Below the pieces are notes generated by a model. That model searched no databases. It had not been told where the DNA came from and saw nothing but the letters and a program-made list of their open reading frames with translations. 64,000 bases of DNA, taken from assembly GCF_009914755.1 (NCBI RefSeq), contig NC_060927.1. One strand, written 5' to 3'. Below, piece after piece: positions 57,163-64,000 of this stretch (positions within the stretch are counted from its first letter, which is position 1; each line of letters opens with the position of its first letter). A program made the position numbers and the translations under genes. The stretch is from the human T2T-CHM13v2.0 reference genome, Homo sapiens.

Positions 57163-60100
57163 AGAAAGAAACTGACACCCTGTTTCATCAAGATGGTGCA
57201 GCTATCTGCACCATCTTCAAATACCACCAGAAGTATATGAGGGTTGCAATTTCTGCACATCCTTGACAACACTTGTTCTCTACCTTGTTGATTCTAGCCA
57301 TTGTAGTGTGTGTAAAGTGACAATTCATTGTGGTTTTGACTTTCATTTCCCTGATGACTAAAGATGGCAAGCATCTTTTCATGTGCTTATTGGCCATTTT
57401 TACATCTTCCTTGGAAAAATATCTATTCAGAACTTGTGCTTATTTTTAACATCTTTATTTACCTAATATCGACTTTAAAGAGTTCTTTATTCTGGATACA
57501 AATCCCTTAATACATATATAACTTAAACATATTTTCTCCCACTCTATGGCCTGCCTTTTCATCTTCTTGATGTTCTTTGAAGCACAAAAAATTTTTATTT
57601 TGTTAAGGTTTAATTTATCAGGCTCGTCTTTCTGCTTGTCATAAAGAATAGCACCTGTATTTTCTTCCAAATTTTTATTTTTTACACTTATTTAGATCTT
57701 TGGTAAATTTTGAGTTCATGTTTTATAAAGAGTGTGAGATGGGAATCCCACTTCATTCTTTTGCAACTGTCTATCCAGTCGTCCCATGACTATTTGTTTA
57801 ACAGACTATTATTTCCCCACTGAATGGTCTTGCCACATGTTTTAAATGTCAGGTGTATGAGCCTTTTTAGACTCACGATTTTATTTGATTGATCTGTATG
57901 TTTACACTTGTGCTCTACCACACTCTCAGTTACCACTGCTTTGTACTAAGTCATAAAATTGGTAAGTATAGATTCTCCTACCTGTTTCTTTTTCAGAGTT
58001 GATTTGGGTAATTTGCATCCTTTGCAATTACAATAAGCTGAGTTTTAGAATCAGCTTATCAATCTTTACAAAGTAGTTATTATATTTAAATAGAGATTTG
58101 TTGTATCTATATATTATCTTGGGGAATATTGCCGTGTTAACAATGTTAAGGCTTTCATCCATGAACATGGGATATTTTCCAATTTACTTAGATCTTCTTT
58201 AATTATTTAAACACTGTTTTATATTTTCAGGGTATAAGTTTTGCACTTCTTTTGCTAAGTTTATTTCTAAGTACTTTATTCTTTTATAGTCTACTTCAAA
58301 AGGCATGTTTTCTTAATTTATTTCTAGATTACTCACTGCAAGTGTATAAAATACAACTGAATTTTATGTATTAGTCTTGTGAAATGTTGCTGAACTCATT
58401 AATTCTAATAGTTTTTAGTGTATTAATTAGGTTTCCCGACATACAAGATCACGTTATCTGCAAATAGTGATAGTTTTACTTCTTCATGTCAAATCTAGAT
58501 GTCTTTTATTTCATTTTTTTTTACTATCAGCTGAATGTTGAACATAAATGGCAAGAATAAACATTCTTTTTTTGCTCCTGATCTTAGGAAAAGAGCATTT
58601 TGTCTCTTATCATTATCTGTGATAACATCTAAGAACTTTCCATATATGACTTTTTTCAGTTTGAGGGAATTTCCTTATACTCTTTGTTAGCTAAGAGGTT
58701 TTTTTTAATTATGAAAAAGTGGTCAACTTTTTCAAATATTATTTCTGCGTTTGTTGAGACAATTATGTAAGTTTTGTTTTTATTCTGTTAAAATAATGTA
58801 TTAATTAATTTTTCAGATATTACAAAACCTCCTTGAGATAAATCCTACTCGGTCGTGGTATAAAATTGTTTTCATTCATTTCTGTATTTGATTTGCTAGG
58901 ATGTTATTGAGAATTTTTGCATTCATATTCATAACAGACATTGGTCTCTAATTTGCCTTTCTTGGGTTGTGTGTGTTTGGTATTGATATCTGGGTAATGC
59001 TGGATTTATAGAGTGAATTATAAAGGTTTTTGTTTTCTTTCCATTTTTTAAAGAATGAGTAAAAAGTTGGTCTGCATTATTTTTTAAACATTTGTTAGAA
59101 TTCAGAGATAAAGCCATGTTTACCTGGGTCTTTTGTTGTAGATCGTTTGTTGATCACTAACTAAATCACTTCAGTTGTTATAGTACTATTCTGATTGCTT
59201 ATTTCTTCTTGAGTCTGCTTTGGTAGTTTGTGTCTTCTTATGAAATTTCTCATTTCATGTATGGTATCCAATTTTTATTCTTATATCATTATTTTTATTT
59301 TTCTTTGCATTTCTGTAATATCAGTAGTAGTCTCTTCTTTCATTTCCTGTTCTAGTAATGTAAATATTCTTTTATCCTTGGTCAATTTAGTTAGAGGTTT
59401 GTTAATTTTGTTAATTTTTTAAAATAAGTTTTGGATTCATTGATTGTTTTATATTTTCTACTTCAATTTCTGCTCAAACCTTTATTTTTTAATTTATTTT
59501 CCTTGTTTGGGTAAAATTTGCTATATTGTCAATGTCTTATAGTGGAAAGTTAAGATATTGAGTTAAGATATTTATTATTTCTTAATATAGTTGTTTATTG
59601 CTGTACATTTTTCTTAAAGCTCTGTTGTAGTCGTGTTCCATAATTTTGGTATGATTTTTCTTACTTTTAATTCATTTCAATGCATTTTTGATTTCTCATT
59701 TTCTTTATTCTTTGACCTAATAGTTATTCAGGAGTATGTTGTTTAATTCTTAAATGCGTGTGAGTTTCTTCCATTTTTTATGTCATTAATTTCTATTTTT
59801 CTTTTATTCCAATCAGAGAACACACTTGTATTTTTAAATTATTTAATGAAGCTGTTTTATAAAGTACCATATTGTCTATCCTGGAAATGTCCCATACTAT
59901 TTAAAGAATATATATTCTAATTCTCAGTTAAGTGTTCTATAAATATCTGTTAGCTATTGTTAGTTTATAGTGTTGTATAGGTATTGTATTTCTTGCTCAT
60001 CTTTTGTCTAGTGTTCTATCCATTATTGGAAGTGAAGTGTTTTGGTCTCCGAGTATTATTTTTTTACTTGCCTATTTTCCCCTTTATTTCTATCTGTCTG

Positions 60101-61599
60101 GCTGCGTGCATTTCGGTACTCTGTTATTTGGTGCATGTATACTTATAGTTGTTATAGTTTTCTGATGAATTGACCCTTTTTATCATTATAAAATACCCCT
60201 TTTTATATCTACTATCATTTTTTGTTAAAGTCTATTTCATGTGATCTTAGTGAAGACACTTTAGCCTCCTATGTTTACTGCTAGCTTGCTATGCTTTGCT
60301 TTCCTTCTTTTTATTTCAGTCTAGCTATGTCCTTGAATCTAAAGTGTGTCATTTATAGACAACATGTAGCTGGGTCATTGATATTATCCAGTCTGACAAT
60401 CTGTGCCTTTTGAATGGAATTTTAAATCCATTCAAATGTAACAATAATATTAATATGGTTGGATTTATATTTGCATTTTATTATTTCTTTGCTCCATGTC
60501 TCATGTCTTTTTTGCTCCTCTGTTAATCTTTTACTGCTTTGTTTTGTGTTAAGTGAATATTTTCTAATGTAACATTTAAATTTCATTAATGATTTCTTCA
60601 CTATAGTTTTCTATATATTTTTACTTCTAGAGCTTGCTGTAGGGTTTTTTAATATATATCTCAAGATAGTCTTATGAACTTTAGATTTATACTAGATTAA
60701 TAACAGAAAAAGGTATAAAAATATAGCTCTATTCCCTTTCCCCATTTTTGTAATATTATTGTTATACATACCATATTCATTAATGTTACAAGCCTAACAA
60801 TATATTTTTATAATTATTTTACCAATTGTAATCAGTTTTTAGCTCATTAAAGTGTTGTTCCCACCCAACTCCTTTGTTCTTTTATTGGCAAATATATTAC
60901 ATGTGAATTACATTTCTGTATATTATAAGTCCAATAGCACATATACATATTTTTCTATACAATTACTGTTCAGATAGGTTAATAGAAGAAAGGAGAATAA
61001 AGAGTATTTATAGTGTCTTTTATAATTAAAAAATGACTTTAGCAACACTCTTTGTTTATTAATGTAGGTTCTAACTACTACCTGGGATCATGTGCTTTCA
61101 GTCTGAAGAATATCCTTTAGTATTTTATGTAAGGCAATTCTGCTAACAACAAATTCTCTCCATTTTTATTTCTCCGGGAAAGTATTTTGCTTTTATTTTT
61201 GAAGGTACCTTGGATGAATACAGTATTCTTGTTCAGCAGTTTATTTTTTTCTTTGAGTATCATGATGATATTATTACGCTCTCATTATTTTCATTGTTTC
61301 TGCTGAGAGATCAGCTCTTATTTATATTTTATTGGTAATTCCTGGTAAATAAACATTTTTAATAAAAGTACTAATTTTTTCTAATATTAGATAAAACTCT
61401 GGGTAGATTGATTTTCTTGAGAAATGTTTTTCTTTCTATAGTGGGAATGGGGCTCAAGAGTAAGTTTGACTTTTGCAAATTTTAAGTTACATAAATCTGT
61501 CATCCATGATAGAAGTGGTTTATTTGTATTCTTACAGGAAGAGATCCAGAATAAAGAAAAATCTCAGCCTTGAGTACTACAACTATAAAATTGACTCTG

Positions 61600-62430
61600 T
61601 TTATTTTTCACATTTTATCCTTAATTTAAATCATTTACTTTTCTCTATGCTGTTTCTGCCACAATCTTCCAATTTCTGTCCACTAAAAGGGTCTTTGAAT
61701 TAGACTCTGGTACTCCTATTTTTGCTTGTGGTTGTCTTCTACACTGCAGCAAGAGTTATCTCATTTTTATGCAAATATAAAATTATTTTTTCCTGTTTGA
61801 ACATTTTTGATGAGTTTTGATTGCTTTTACTGTAAAGATTAAGCCCATTTACCTATTTTAGGAGGCAGTTTAGTATCTAATTCCTCTTCATGTTTTTTCT
61901 TCTATTTTGATATTCTTCCTCTTACATTCCAAGCCCTAGCTATGTAGAAAATATTTTTTCTTTTTTTAATGTATTTTTTTTTTTAAGATTTGGGATCTCA
62001 GACTGGAGTATAGTGGGGCAATCATAGCTCACTGCAGCCTCTGGGCTCAAATGATTCTCTTGGCTCAGCCTCCTTAACAGCTGGGTCTACAGGCATGTGA
62101 GCTCATGCCCTGTTCTTTTTTGTTTTTGAATCCACGATGTTCTTACTTATCTCTAAGCTTTTGTATATCTTTCTCTTGCATAAAAATAAACCTCACCTCT
62201 CTTTTCTTCTAGTGTTCTATCTCATTTGTCCTATATTAGCTTCAGCATCACTCCATCTGAGAGGATTTTCATATAGAATCTCCATTCTAGGCACTTACAT
62301 AGAAACATGCAGTTTTGTTATTAAAACATTAATCTCTGGAGGTAGCAACCATTGCTTCTTCGTACACTGTTATATCCAGCAGCTATCACAGTGTTTAAAA
62401 CAATATCAAATTATTTAAAAAATAATGTTC
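61600..62430 (+). mobile_element. L2 fragments (split by Alu monomer)
   Basis: 'cactgcagcaagagttatc', 'cactgttatatccagcagctatcacagtg' resemble the L2 3' region. Confidence 0.5.
61975..62112 (-). mobile_element. FRAM/AluJ right-arm monomer
   Basis: 'ctggagtatagtggggcaatcatagctcactgcagcctctgggctcaaatgattctc'. Confidence 0.8.
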
Positions 62431-63519
62431 CATAAGAGTACAATCTATCTTTGAAAAATAAGTATACATTTAAAAAGTCGAAACTAATATACATCTGAAA
62501 AAAGATGCTCTTGAAACTCTAAATATGTAATTTGAAGACTTGCTACTGCAAAAATTCATACAATATTTATATATGTTTAAATTTAGCAATTTAGAAAATT
62601 TTAATAAGACATAATTCATACAAAACATGGTGGTTCAAAACTCAAAATTAATTTTTATGTAGCCTCAAAATTTCAAGAGCAAATTTTAATAAAGGAACAT
62701 TCTCATTTAGAAAGTACAGAATAGTAGATTTTCATTCTATTTTATGACAAGCTTATTACCATAGTAGTAAAATTTTTATTTTTAGTGATGAGAAAATCAG
62801 GCAATATGTTATACATGTCCTTGAAGACAAGCTGCAAAATGTATAAGAATGCTTTTGGCTATTTATCAAACTTTTTATTTTTCTCTCAATTTTCATTTTG
62901 AGTAATTTATTGATTCCCCAATTTTTATCACTTCTTTTCTATGGTAGCCTGTGTTATTTTTTACTATCTAGAATAATTATGCATTTTATATACTAGTAAG
63001 TTTATTTTAAACAAGATCAATGAGAACATATTCAATGAAACACAGAACAAAATGAGTGAGTACAGTTATTTTTTCAATTACAGCTTTCATTGGCTGAAGA
63101 AATAAAATTCATATTATGTTTAGAAACAAATATGTTAGAGTTAGCAATTTATTTGTTCTAGGTTGTAGAAATAAACAAGTCAAAGAGTAGTAATAACTTC
63201 TTAGAATCAGCTGAAATTATGCCAATTATATAATGGTAGAAATATAAGTCAGTAGAAATACATAGTGCACTATTCAGTATGTGTTATTATGTGAATAAAT
63301 TAATTCCCCCACAATAAACATTGAAATAAAATGTAATGATTCTGATCTTATGTTTTGATATTTATTTAGAATAAAAACTTATTTTTGTTGTTAAAAAGAA
63401 AATTAAGATAACTTATTTCTCTTTTCAAAATATTCTCTATTTTCAAAAATGGACTCATCCACCTGCTAGTATTTTTTCTCCTTTTTTATGAATCTTGATT
63501 AATGACACTTTCATCCAAA

Positions 63520-63990
63520 TGTAACAAACTGGACTCTGCTCCTTCTCTCTCTCTTTTCTAATTAAATAAACCATTGATTTTTAAAATCCTACCATATAAA
63601 TCTCAGATTAATTTATTCTTTTTCATCTCTTCTATTATCACTTCCATTCATTTCTTTCTATTTCTCTGTAACTTTTGTGATGAATTTTTACTGTAATATC
63701 CTGGAACTACTTTATCTATTTTTATTCACACTACTGCCACTGTTACCTTTTAAATCTTGTCACTTTTCTTGTAAAAACCTTTAAAGTCTCCACACCACCT
63801 TCAAGATAAAAGTCTTATTTCTTTAACATAGCCTGAGAAGTCTTTATTTGACTATTGTATAATCTGTTGCAAGTATGCTGATCAAGTTTACTCTAAAAGA
63901 GGTTTTTCACAGAAAAACAGATTTGTCTCCATATAATGAACATAAAGGAAGGCATGTTACTTCCTCTCATTATTGCCTCTCAAATCTGTT
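63520..63990 (+). mobile_element. L2 fragment
   Basis: 'attcacactactgccactgttacctttt...gtcacttttcttgtaaaaacctttaaagtctcc'. Confidence 0.5.
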
Positions 63991-64000
63991 ACCTTTGTTT

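Larger units (their letters stand above)
54966..57165 (-). pseudogene. NUMT (nuclear mitochondrial segment), two fragments, ~2.2 kb
   Basis: Vertebrate mt gene order ATP6-COX3-G-ND3-R-ND4L-ND4//ND4-H-S on the minus strand; point decay and indels. Confidence 0.97.
54445..61320 (-). mobile_element. L1MB7/8-like element (long, degraded) interrupted by NUMT
   Basis: 3' end 'ttttattgaatataattcatgtactgtagagtttactcatttagggtatacaattcaatgg'; ORF2 remnants resume at ~57186 (ORF track 57188-57397). Confidence 0.85.

Overview
AT-rich primate (catarrhine-like: AluJ/S/Y and L1PA present) non-genic or intronic DNA dominated by fossil transposable elements. It holds two near-full-length old L1s, several other L1M/L1PA pieces, a full-length Tigger1, MaLR/ERV solo LTRs, about a dozen Alu/FAM elements, L2/MIR remnants and microsatellites. 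I find no credible host protein-coding gene: the supplied ORFs are Alu, L1, microsatellite or NUMT by-products. The standout is a ~2.2 kb two-fragment NUMT (54966-57165; ATP6 end-COX3-tRNA-Gly-ND3-tRNA-Arg-ND4L-ND4 start / ND4 end-tRNA-His-partial tRNA-Ser) inside an L1MB. It is bracketed by a 20-bp direct repeat and has three fold-back (snap-back) templated inversions of identical polarity at its junctions. Two ~50-bp insertions copied from ~2.1-2.2 kb away, a twin-primed L1PA and a triplicated target site are also visible. I do not see evidence for a new gene system; the novel-looking signal is a DNA-repair/insertion-mechanism footprint. Subfamily names are from recalled consensus sequences, not from a RepeatMasker run.
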